Of a stretch of 64,000 nt of DNA, positions 9,829 through 17,893 are shown in pieces. The notes beneath the pieces were generated by a model, which did not search any database, had not been told where the DNA came from, and worked only from the letters and a program-made list of their open reading frames with translations. The DNA is taken from positions 806,514-870,513 of the forward strand of contig CP051246.1 of the NCBI GenBank assembly GCA_017795085.1. Direction: 5' to 3'. The translations under genes were made by a program, and so were the position numbers. The stretch comes from Salegentibacter sp. GTDB taxonomy: Bacteria; Bacteroidota; Bacteroidia; Flavobacteriales; Flavobacteriaceae. Within the stretch, counting starts at the first letter, position 1, and each line of letters begins with the position of its first letter.

Positions 9829-10695
9829 CTAATTCCATTTTGATGTTGGTCTTTCAAATGTTTCTGTTAGAAATTTATTTACTATAGAATTAAAGTACTT
9901 TGGATTTGAGCCCGGAGTATAATGTGTTTCTCCCGGCATAATACATAATTGAGCATGTGGTAAATTTTCGAAAATTTCCACTGCATGTTCGTTTTTTATA
10001 ATATCCCTATCCCCATTTATCACTAAAACAGCTGCATTGACTTTTTGCAACTCGGAATGGGAAATATTAGGTTGATAGTACAGTAATTGGTCTAGTTGCT
10101 TTTCTAAGTTCCAGTCTTTTGATTTATCTCCTTTTGCTATCATTTTCTTAGCTTCATCTAAGTTTTCTTTTACCTTTTTCGGAGCCCAGCTATTTACAGC
10201 TGTTGTGTCAGGTCTTAAATTGGCCCCCATTGTGACAATTTTTTTAATTTTCACATTATTATTAATTCCCATTTTTAAACCAACTATACCACCATCACTC
10301 CATCCTACAATATTTATAGAGTCAAGTTTCAAATATTTGACTAATCTTTCCCAATCCTTAGCTATTTGATTATAAGTTAAAGAATCTGTTTTTAATTCTG
10401 ATTTTCCCTGACCTCGACTATCTGCAACAATAATTCTAAATTTATCTTTGAAATAATCAATCTGATTTTCCATTGATTTTATATCTGCACCGCAACCATG
10501 AATTAGAAGTAATGGTTCTCCTTTTCCATATTCTTCATAGTAAATATCTGCATTATTTATTTGGACATATTTTCCAACTTCTGGATTGCTCCCATAAGCA
10601 ACCTCGAATTTACGACTTTCTTGATTTTGAGAATATGAAAATCCAAAAAGTAATATTGTAAATAATAAAGTGATTCTTGAAAAGTGATTTTTCAT
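9829..10695 (-). CDS. Secreted alpha/beta hydrolase
   Basis: Signal peptide, LLLIHG, DSRGQG, GWSDGG elbow and PGETHY. Confidence 0.9.
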   Translation of the reverse strand: MKNHFSRITLLFTILLFGFSYSQNQESRKFEVAYGSNPEVGKYVQINNADIYYEEYGKGEPLLLIHGCGADIKSMENQIDYFKDKFRIIVADSRGQGKSELKTDSLTYNQIAKDWERLVKYLKLDSINIVGWSDGGIVGLKMGINNNVKIKKIVTMGANLRPDTTAVNSWAPKKVKENLDEAKKMIAKGDKSKDWNLEKQLDQLLYYQPNISHSELQKVNAAVLVINGDRDIIKNEHAVEIFENLPHAQLCIMPGETHYTPGSNPKYFNSIVNKFLTETFERPTSKWN

Positions 10696-10970
10696 AAGGG
10701 AATACTGGTTTTTGTATTATGTTAACAGCAATATAGCAATTTATTGAAGATGTATGTAATATTTAAAGGTTCCTTGTTGTTTTTGACAATACGGTTGCTG
10801 ACTTTAAACCTGAAAAATATCAAACCTAAATTCTAGCAAATTTTTATATTCTGTGCTAGACTAAAAAAAATATTTTAAAACTAATATTAAGAAATGCTAT
10901 GCGTTACCTGTGCATGGATAATTCCACTTAGTCTTGTTAAGAGTTTCAAGTCATACCTAATCCTTCAATT

Positions 10971-11058
10971 TTACATACCCGGTATGTAAAGTAAACACTT
11001 CCTACTATTTCCCTTTTTAGCTTAGCTTCAGAATTTACGTAACAAAAGCGCTTTTGTT
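10971..11058. promoter_or_regulatory. Two conserved palindromes upstream of the excisionase
   Basis: TTACATAC-CCG-GTATGTAA (10971-10989) and AACAAAAGCGCTTTTGTT (11041-11058). Both are conserved at 46776-46794 and 46846-46863. Confidence 0.65.
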
Positions 11059-11085
11059 CATTTTTTAACTTTAAATTTTTTAAAA

Positions 11086-11373
11086 ATGAACGAACTAAAA
11101 ATTTTAGAGCAACTGGACCGTATAGAAAAGATGGTCCGTGCCCACAAGAATGTATTGACTTTTGATCAGGCCTGTGATTATACCGGCATCTCAAGAAGTT
11201 ATATGTATAAACTTACCGCTAGTGGAGAAATTCCTTATTCCAAGCCGAAAGGGAAATTAATCTTCTTCTCCCGGGAAAAACTGGATGATTGGCTGTTGCA
11301 AAATAACCATTCCTCTAAAGATGAGATTAAGCAGCAAGCTGTTGATTATGCTTTTCGGAATAAGAGGTTTTAA
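11086..11373 (+). CDS. Excisionase-like helix-turn-helix protein (HTH_17)
   Basis: LTFDQACDYTGISRSYMYKLT...IPYSKPKGKLIFFSREKLDDWL. Confidence 0.88.
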   Translation: MNELKILEQLDRIEKMVRAHKNVLTFDQACDYTGISRSYMYKLTASGEIPYSKPKGKLIFFSREKLDDWLLQNNHSSKDEIKQQAVDYAFRNKRF

Positions 11374-11384
11374 AGATTGGGATT

Positions 11385-12566
11385 ATGAAGAGGGATGAGC
11401 TAAAACTCTATCAGGTCTTCGAACAGAAGAAAAAGACAATCTATGATTATGTGGATGAATATATCTCCAATAAGTACGATATCCGGTTTAATGAAATATC
11501 GCAGGAATTTCAGATATCCATCAAAGACTTAAACTCCTGGGAAGATTTTGAAGTGAATTCTTTGCTGATTGAATTAGCGAAATCAAATATTGAGGTTAAC
11601 CCCGGGAAGCTTGATATTTATCTAAGGTCTAATCTAATTCCAAGATTTAACCCTATCACCGAATATTTTGATAAGCTCCCAAGATGGATAGGAGGGGACC
11701 ATATTCGAAAACTCGCTTCCTACCTGCCTACCAGGGAACCTGAACAATTTCTTTATCACTTTAGAAAATGGCTGGTAAGAACAGTAAAAGGTTCTCTGGA
11801 AAAGGATTATTTCAATAAACAGTGCCTGGTACTTGTGCATTCGGAACAGAATTCTGGGAAATCTACCTGGTGCCGGTTTCTCTGTCCACCTGCTTTGTCC
11901 AGGTATTTCGCTGAAGATATGACAACGGATAAAGATGCCAGGATTCAGCTTACCAGAAACTTTATCATCAATTTGGATGAGCTATCTGTGCTGGCTAAAA
12001 AAGAAATAAATACACTTAAAGCTTATTTCTCCAAAACAATGATTAATGAACGATTGCCCTATGATCGCAAAAACTCCATCCTGCGAAGGACCTGCAGTTT
12101 TATAGGATCAACAAACAGAGCAACATTTCTTAATGACGAAACCGGTTCTGTGCGGTGGTTATGTTTTGAGTTAAAGGGTAAAATTGATTTCGCTTATTCC
12201 CAGGAAATAGATATCGACAAAGTATGGGCTCAGGCATACTACCTGGCCTATGTGGATGAACAATTCTGCCCGGAATTGACACCAGAGGATATTGCTGCAA
12301 ATGAAGAAAGAAACAAGACCTATCGGGAAGCCAGTATGGAGGAAGAATTGCTCGCAAAATATTATCTCCGAAGTTCAGATCCGGCTGACTTTAAAACGGC
12401 ATCCGATATTGTATTGCAACTCAATTGTATTAATCCGCGATTGAATATGTATTATATGGGAAGAGCATTGAAAGCTTTGAACTTTGAAAGAGTAAAATCG
12501 CCTCAAAATGGAAGTTATGGTTATCTGATCAAACCACGGTTTAAGACCTCTCCATTAGAAGTTTAG
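11385..12566 (+). CDS. VapE-like (virulence-associated protein E) P-loop helicase/ATPase
   Basis: Walker A variant QNSGKST, IINLDEL, ERLPYDR and FIGSTN...FLNDETGSVRW. Confidence 0.88.
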   Translation: MKRDELKLYQVFEQKKKTIYDYVDEYISNKYDIRFNEISQEFQISIKDLNSWEDFEVNSLLIELAKSNIEVNPGKLDIYLRSNLIPRFNPITEYFDKLPRWIGGDHIRKLASYLPTREPEQFLYHFRKWLVRTVKGSLEKDYFNKQCLVLVHSEQNSGKSTWCRFLCPPALSRYFAEDMTTDKDARIQLTRNFIINLDELSVLAKKEINTLKAYFSKTMINERLPYDRKNSILRRTCSFIGSTNRATFLNDETGSVRWLCFELKGKIDFAYSQEIDIDKVWAQAYYLAYVDEQFCPELTPEDIAANEERNKTYREASMEEELLAKYYLRSSDPADFKTASDIVLQLNCINPRLNMYYMGRALKALNFERVKSPQNGSYGYLIKPRFKTSPLEV

Positions 12567-12573
12567 GAGAATC

Positions 12574-12746
12574 TATTTACCCTATTTACCCAAAACTTCG
12601 GAAAAGCCTATTAACAAAGGGACTTTCACGGGGTAAATAGAAATACAGAACTATCTACCCATATCTACCCTTGGGGTAATTAGGGTAGATAGAAAAAATA
12701 GCCAAAAAAGAATAAAAACCCAGTATTTACAGGCTCTGGGTAAATA
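12574..12746. repeat. Iteron-like cluster, TATYTACCC / GGGTARATA
   Basis: Direct copies at 12574, 12583, 12652 and 12662. Inverted copies at 12631, 12683 and 12738, with a near-copy at 12674. Confidence 0.75.
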
Positions 12747-12766
12747 GGTAATTAAAAAATAAAAAA

Positions 12767-13624
12767 ATGAACTTAAATAACTTATCGTGCAAAAGTGCCC
12801 GTAATATTTGCATCGTAAAAACGCTGGCAAAATTAGGGCACTTTCCCACCAGAAAATCGGAAAAAGAAGCTTGGTTTCTGAGTCCCCTTCGGTCAGAAAC
12901 ACAAGCCTCTTTTAGCGTTTCCTTAATTAAAAACTTATGGTTTGACTTTGGATTGGGAAAAGGAGGAAATACCATAGACCTTATTATGCAAATGAAATCC
13001 TGCTCTGTAAAAGAAGCACTGGAATTTCTAAAAGATGATATGATATCTTTCTCTTTTAGCCCGCCAAAGCTTAAGCTTCCAGAAAAAGATTTTGACATTC
13101 ATATAATAGATATCCAGTTTCTTAATCTTAACGCTTTAGTGAAGTACCTGGAATCCCGGAAGATACCTTTCGAGATTGCCCGAAAATATTGCAGGCAGGT
13201 TTGGTATAGCTATAAAGGGAAACAATATTTTTCGATCGGTCTCAAAAATTATAAGGGCGGTTGGGAACTTCGAAATAAATACTATAAAAACTCCAGCAGT
13301 CCGAAAACCTATTCCTTCCTTGAAAAAGATTCGAACCAGTTAATTATTACAGAGGGGATGTTTGATTTTCTTTCCCTGGCCACTATCGATGAAAAACTGG
13401 TAGAACATTCAGCTATTATCATTTTAAATTCCCTGGCCTTTATCCAACAGATTGAAATGATCCTTCAAAACTATGAACGGGTGCTGCTCTTTTTGGATAA
13501 TGATGCTGCCGGTAAAAGTGCAACCCATAATCTTACAAGTCGGTATACCCATATCGAAAATTGCAGTAACCGGTATAAAGGCTATGTAGATCTGAATGAA
13601 AAACTCAAAGATGAAAAAGCCTAA
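12767..13624 (+). CDS. DNA primase-like protein (zinc-finger-like N-terminus + Toprim)
   Basis: SPLRSETQASF, WFDFGLGKGGNTIDL, IITEGMFDFLS and FLDNDAAG. Confidence 0.88.
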   Translation: MNLNNLSCKSARNICIVKTLAKLGHFPTRKSEKEAWFLSPLRSETQASFSVSLIKNLWFDFGLGKGGNTIDLIMQMKSCSVKEALEFLKDDMISFSFSPPKLKLPEKDFDIHIIDIQFLNLNALVKYLESRKIPFEIARKYCRQVWYSYKGKQYFSIGLKNYKGGWELRNKYYKNSSSPKTYSFLEKDSNQLIITEGMFDFLSLATIDEKLVEHSAIIILNSLAFIQQIEMILQNYERVLLFLDNDAAGKSATHNLTSRYTHIENCSNRYKGYVDLNEKLKDEKA

Positions 13625-14123
13625 AAAATATAAATCCTATTCCAGGAAGAGTAAAGTACCGAGTATGGAGGACCTTATTTTTACCCCTGCTGAAGGGAAA
13701 AAGTCTAAGCAGGATAGCAAGGAACTACAACTTACTTTACAAACTGTAGAAGGAAGTGCAAGATGTGTGCCTGTGGGCACAATCTTGATTGCTCCCGATG
13801 GTCGCAATGAAAAAAAGGAGATGTTTAAGGGGAAAAGTGATTGTATAAAATTCAGGTGTTCGTTATATGAGAAAAAGCTGTTTAAGCTAAAAGCCAGGCA
13901 AAGCGGACTTACTTTAAGTGAATTTTGTAGAACGGCCATCTATGAAAAGGAAATAAAAGAACGCCTCTCGGAGGAGCATATTGAAATCTATAAAACCTTG
14001 GTGAAGTTTCATAATAATTTCAAGTCGATAGGGAATATGTTCCGAAAGAAAGACCCGCGGCTTTCCAAAACAGTTTACGACCTGGCCGATGAAATAAAAG
14101 CACATCTTAAAAATTTTCAATGA
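13596..14123 (+). CDS. mobC: Mobilization accessory protein MobC-like (ribbon-helix-helix). True start may be ATG 13821
   Basis: IKFRCSLYEKKLFKLKARQSGLTLSEFCR RHH pattern and NFKSIGNMF. Overlaps the relaxase start. Confidence 0.75.
   Translation: MKNSKMKKPKKYKSYSRKSKVPSMEDLIFTPAEGKKSKQDSKELQLTLQTVEGSARCVPVGTILIAPDGRNEKKEMFKGKSDCIKFRCSLYEKKLFKLKARQSGLTLSEFCRTAIYEKEIKERLSEEHIEIYKTLVKFHNNFKSIGNMFRKKDPRLSKTVYDLADEIKAHLKNFQ
13759..13787. promoter_or_regulatory. Candidate oriT hairpin
   Basis: CAAGAT-G-TGTGCC-TGTG-GGCACA-ATCTTG inverted repeat just upstream of the likely mobC start. Confidence 0.45.
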
Positions 14124-14986
14124 TGATCGGAAAAGGAAAAGCCATATCACATACCCGCGCTTCTATGTCCTACGGGTGGAACCAGGAGAAAAGTGCCGAA
14201 GTGGTGTATTCCCAAAATATTACCGGGGAGAACCCCAAAGAAGTGAGCGCTGAATTCCGTCTGACCCAGCAGCTTAACGAGAATTGCCAGAAAAACACCC
14301 TCTCCTTTATCATTAGTCCAACAATAGATGATGGTAAAAACCTTGGAAAGGAAGAACTCTCTAAAATATGTGACCGGTTTATGAAGGAGATGAAACTCCG
14401 GGATCGCCAGGCCATTGCCTTTGTTCATAAGGATAAAAAGCACAAACATATCCACTTATATGTTAACCGCGTAAATTTTAAAGGCCAGGCCTATAATGAC
14501 AGCTTTATAGGGAAACGAAGTCAGCAGGCGGCAGAAAAGGTAGCGGAAAGAATGCGGCTAACTACCGTAAGACAAGTGCAATGGGAAAAAGAACATAACC
14601 TGAAGGCTATTCGTGCAGAGATTAAACGACGTCACGAACTAACTTTTAGGCAATTTAAACCGCGGACTTTTAAAGATTATATAAAGGGAATGGAAACCAA
14701 TGGAGTGAAGGTGATTCCTTCCATCAATAAAAGCAATAAGCTGCAGGGTTTTCGCTTTGAGTTTGATAAATACAACCTGAAGGGGAGTGCGGTACACCGC
14801 ACAATGAGCGGGGGCAATATCGGGAAACGTTTAGCGGGTGAAAAGGGAATGTCGCATTTTCTAAAAAACAATACCCAGCTCAAACTGGCCACCAAAACGG
14901 TAGAACTTTCTACGGGAATGATTAAAACCATAGCCAAAAATATTATAAAAAAGACCATTTCAAAAGGACTGGATATGGGCATTTAA
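14120..14986 (+). CDS. Relaxase (MOB-P/VirD2-like)
   Basis: SFIISP and HKDKKHKHIHLYVNRV (HUH motif). Confidence 0.92.
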   Translation: MMIGKGKAISHTRASMSYGWNQEKSAEVVYSQNITGENPKEVSAEFRLTQQLNENCQKNTLSFIISPTIDDGKNLGKEELSKICDRFMKEMKLRDRQAIAFVHKDKKHKHIHLYVNRVNFKGQAYNDSFIGKRSQQAAEKVAERMRLTTVRQVQWEKEHNLKAIRAEIKRRHELTFRQFKPRTFKDYIKGMETNGVKVIPSINKSNKLQGFRFEFDKYNLKGSAVHRTMSGGNIGKRLAGEKGMSHFLKNNTQLKLATKTVELSTGMIKTIAKNIIKKTISKGLDMGI

Positions 14987-14997
14987 ATACAAACATT

Positions 14998-15297
14998 ATG
15001 ACAAAATTGGAACAACTTAGTGAACTGCTGGTTTCTGAAATAAGCCAGTTTGAAAAGACGGTGGAGAGGTTAGAAAAGATACAAAAACAACAAATTGGTA
15101 TTGATAGTAGTAACCTGGAAAATGCCTTAAGGAAACAGAATGAGAAAATGGAAAACTCCTTAACCCACCACAGGCAGGAAATGAAAACTTTAGGTTATGA
15201 ACTGCGACAAACCAAAGCTTACCCTGTGTGGGCCATTTGTGTCTTCATTGTTTCGGTAGTGCTGAATGGCGTTTTGATTTATGCAATTTTCAACTAG
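14998..15297 (+). CDS. Conserved small coiled-coil protein with C-terminal TM helix, downstream of the relaxase
   Basis: A homologue sits in the same position at 50038-50347. Confidence 0.7.
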   Translation: MTKLEQLSELLVSEISQFEKTVERLEKIQKQQIGIDSSNLENALRKQNEKMENSLTHHRQEMKTLGYELRQTKAYPVWAICVFIVSVVLNGVLIYAIFN

Positions 15298-15365
15298 TCG
15301 AAATATCATTAATTTTAATATCTGAATTTAGATGGATACGACATTTGTCACTATATTTGTGATAA

Positions 15366-15833
15366 ATGACGCGTGTTATGGTTGAGACAATTAATTATAA
15401 AAAAGAAAGAGAGACGGTTGCAAAGTGGCTGGAACTCAAAACCCTTTCACTAAAAAAAGGAAACTCCTCTTTTGCCTACCTTAAAGTTTTACAAGAAGGT
15501 TTACATAGGAACTCTGTAAATTCTTTTATAAAGCATTCCACATTATCCAGAAAACAGGTGGCTAAATTAATTCATGTTTCTGAGAGAACCCTACAGCGAT
15601 ATTCGCCTGATAAGACTATGGATATTAATTCATCGGAACGGCTCATAGAATTAACACGCCTTTTTCATAAGGGAATTAATGTTTTTAATGACAAAGAAAA
15701 GTTTATTACCTGGTTAAACCGCCCAAATAAATCTTTGGCAAATTCAAAACCAATTGATTTAATGGAAACGAGTCTTGGTATTGATTTAGTTTTAGATGAG
15801 TTGCTTCGAATTGAACATGGTGTTTTTTCATGA
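15366..15833 (+). CDS. Xre/MbcA/ParS-type antitoxin
   Basis: LSRKQVAKLIHVSERTLQRY HTH and WLNRPNKSLANSKPIDLM. Overlaps the RES gene. Confidence 0.9.
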   Translation: MTRVMVETINYKKERETVAKWLELKTLSLKKGNSSFAYLKVLQEGLHRNSVNSFIKHSTLSRKQVAKLIHVSERTLQRYSPDKTMDINSSERLIELTRLFHKGINVFNDKEKFITWLNRPNKSLANSKPIDLMETSLGIDLVLDELLRIEHGVFS

Positions 15834-16285
15834 TTGCCTATAGAATTACAAAGAAAAAATGGATTAAAGATTTAAGCGGAACCGGAGCGAAATTAACGGG
15901 GGGACGCTGGAACCCGAAAGGCTTTCCTGTTTTATATTGTGCATCAACCTCTTCTTTAGCTATTTTGGAAAAATTAGTTCACGTTGATTTTGATCTCTTG
16001 CCAGATGACCTATTTATTGCAGAATTGGAAATTCCTGAAAATAGCATTGAAGAATTAACATTAAAAAATTTACCTAAGCATTGGAATAAATATCCAGGTC
16101 CGGATAGCCTCAGGTCACTTGGAAAAAAATGGCTTATGGAAAATAAATACCTAATTCTTAAGGTGCCAAGTGCCGTAAACCCAAATGAAACAAATTATCT
16201 AATTAATGTAGATCACTCGGATGCCGATAAAATCAAAATCATAAAAACCTATCCTTTTGAAATTGATAATCGGTTGATAAAATAG
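15830..16285 (+). CDS. RES-domain toxin (NAD+ phosphorylase family)
   Basis: AYRI, GGRWN, YCASTSSLAILE, LKVPSAV and NYLINV. Confidence 0.92.
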   Translation: MIAYRITKKKWIKDLSGTGAKLTGGRWNPKGFPVLYCASTSSLAILEKLVHVDFDLLPDDLFIAELEIPENSIEELTLKNLPKHWNKYPGPDSLRSLGKKWLMENKYLILKVPSAVNPNETNYLINVDHSDADKIKIIKTYPFEIDNRLIK

Positions 16286-16359
16286 AGCGAGTTTTATCAA
16301 ATATTGATCTTCAAAAAAATATGTAGCCCACGCAGTTGTAAATATTTCAAACATTATGT

Positions 16360-16388
16360 AATCACTTTTAAATTATTTAAAAGTGATT
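16360..16388. terminator. Perfect 12-bp-arm hairpin between the RES gene and the RNA array
   Basis: AATCACTTTTAA-ATTAT-TTAAAAGTGATT. Confidence 0.55.
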
Positions 16389-16396
16389 TCTACGTT

Positions 16397-16465
16397 ACTG
16401 TATGTGCTGTTCGCATTTAGTGAGTGTTGATCATAACCTCACCTTACGGGTGTACAGGCACCCTC
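16397..16465 (-). ncRNA. Putative dCas12f guide-RNA scaffold, distal copy (diverged)
   Basis: 56/69 identical to the middle copy. Most changes fall in predicted loops. Confidence 0.7.
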
Positions 16466-16539
16466 GAATTTACAACCTCTTACCATTTCTCTTCACTATT
16501 TATATCTTGGAGTGATCACATTAAGTGAGAGCCCACGCC

Positions 16540-16608
16540 GTTGTATATGCTAATCGCATTTAGTGAGTGTAATTTCCAACCTCACCTTGCGGGTGTACAA
16601 GCACCCTC
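16540..16608 (-). ncRNA. Putative dCas12f guide-RNA scaffold, middle copy
   Basis: 67/69 identical to the proximal copy. Followed by GGCGTGGGCTCTCACT. Confidence 0.8.
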
Positions 16609-16714
16609 TTAATTATTCATTTATAAATTATAGCACCTGAAATTTCTTATTTGGTATAGTAAGTAATTACCTTTAGGATTCTGGACAATCTGTTAAAAAA
16701 TAAGTGAGCCCACG

Positions 16715-16783
16715 GTTGTATATGCTAATCGCATTTAGTGAGTGTAATTTCCAACCTCACCTTACGGGTTTACAAGCACCCTC
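16715..16783 (-). ncRNA. Putative dCas12f guide-RNA scaffold, proximal copy
   Basis: GAGGGTGCTTGTAAACCCGTAAGGTGAGGTTGGAAATTACACTCACTAAATGCGATTAGCATATACAAC starts 10 nt after the dCas12f stop. It has three predicted hairpins and is followed by CGTGGGCTCACTTATT. Confidence 0.8.
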
Positions 16784-16792
16784 GTAAAATCA

Positions 16793-17893
16793 TCAATCTG
16801 TTATCAATTCAATGCCGGCTTTTTCGGCTTTGTATTTTATTTTGGCCATCAGTTTATAATAGCTCCAGTTCCGCAATACAAATTCCTCCTCTTTGGCAAT
16901 TTCCATTTTATTCTCCTGATTCATTAGAATTAGTGTGCCTGCCTGGTGCTTTACGCAAAAGTCAATTAATTTCCGACTGTAGAGGTGCAGCCGATTAGTC
17001 ACATAATTCTTTTCTAACTCGTGAAATCTTTGCACTGCTTTTGTTTTTCGCCTGCGCCCTTTACCTGATTTTGCATAGGTTACTCCTTCCTGTGCCCTTT
17101 TACGGGCGGCTTGTATCGCAAGCCTACGGTATAAGAATTCTTCCCGGCTGCCGATGTTCAGTTTGTTCTTACCGGCTTTAACTATAATGGGGTATTCCAG
17201 CGACAGAGAAGCCTCGGCGATCACATTAGATTTTAAGCTGTGCTTTTCTTTTTCAATTTCAAATGTGGCCAGCAAAAAAGTTTTGTCATTTTTCAATTGA
17301 ATGTGGGAAGTACATAGCTTTGTCTCCCCTGCTATTACCCGCTCCAGTAGCTTGCGCTTATCGGAATAATCCCTTCCTAAATATGTTTTTAGCGGAATGG
17401 AAAACAAACGAAAACAAAAGGCTTTTTTCTCTTCATCATAACATAATCCTTTAATGCCATCCATATCAAACGGAAAAGCCATATCCCTTTTAAAGTTCAT
17501 TAAGGAACGTTCGCCCTTCCAGTATTCTACCTTATTTTTCTGAAACGTACCCATTAAATTGTGGTTGATATTGCCTAAAATGTTGGTAGGGATTTCCCCT
17601 TTATAGCGGTCGGACACTACCCGGTAGGTGGCATTGATGCGGGAGCGGTTCAGGATGCCGGCTTCATCTTTCTTTTCATCGGCCAGTTTATATTTTATCC
17701 CTTCGGTTAAATAAAAGAATTCCTGGATCATTTCCTGAACGTAAAGATGGCTAATAATAAGATTAGCCGCCTTGAAGCTGCGGTTGCGCCACTGGTAGAG
17801 TTTATCCAGAGCCTCCTTCCGTTCTTCTTTGGTAGGCAGATCAACCAGTAACTGGATCTTTCGGGTGAGTTTTATAGTATCTTTTCCCATCAC
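16793..17893 (-). CDS. Nuclease-dead Cas12f/TnpB-like RNA-guided DNA-binding protein (dCas12f)
   Basis: TnpB/Cas12f layout: TRKIQL start, YLGRD wedge region, bridge helix, LHLYSRKLIDFC, NWSYYKLMAKIKYKAEKAGI. RuvC-I GIDLG is replaced by AEASLS, the RuvC-II Glu is absent (LILMNQ), and the protein stops before the zinc finger and RuvC-III. Confidence 0.85.
   Translation of the reverse strand: MMGKDTIKLTRKIQLLVDLPTKEERKEALDKLYQWRNRSFKAANLIISHLYVQEMIQEFFYLTEGIKYKLADEKKDEAGILNRSRINATYRVVSDRYKGEIPTNILGNINHNLMGTFQKNKVEYWKGERSLMNFKRDMAFPFDMDGIKGLCYDEEKKAFCFRLFSIPLKTYLGRDYSDKRKLLERVIAGETKLCTSHIQLKNDKTFLLATFEIEKEKHSLKSNVIAEASLSLEYPIIVKAGKNKLNIGSREEFLYRRLAIQAARKRAQEGVTYAKSGKGRRRKTKAVQRFHELEKNYVTNRLHLYSRKLIDFCVKHQAGTLILMNQENKMEIAKEEEFVLRNWSYYKLMAKIKYKAEKAGIELITD

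Noticed and set aside
7174-10700. Bona fide integron
   Set aside because: The tyrosine recombinase shows no IntI-specific features and has its own att repeats. The boundary motifs fit GTTRRRY only loosely. Kept only as a cassette-like observation.
11086-13624. Prophage or phage satellite
   Set aside because: Xis, VapE and primase are present, but there are no capsid, terminase, tail or lysis genes. The adjacent MobC and relaxase indicate conjugative mobilization.
16397-16783. Classical CRISPR repeat-spacer array
   Set aside because: The repeats are 69 bp with 74- and 106-bp gaps, far outside typical repeat and spacer sizes, and there is no cas1/cas2. It is better explained as tandem whole guide RNAs.
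16793-17893. Active TnpB of an IS200/IS605 element or an active Cas12f nuclease
   Set aside because: The RuvC acidic residues and zinc finger are absent, there is no tnpA or transposon-end hairpin pair, and the gene is coupled to a sigma factor.
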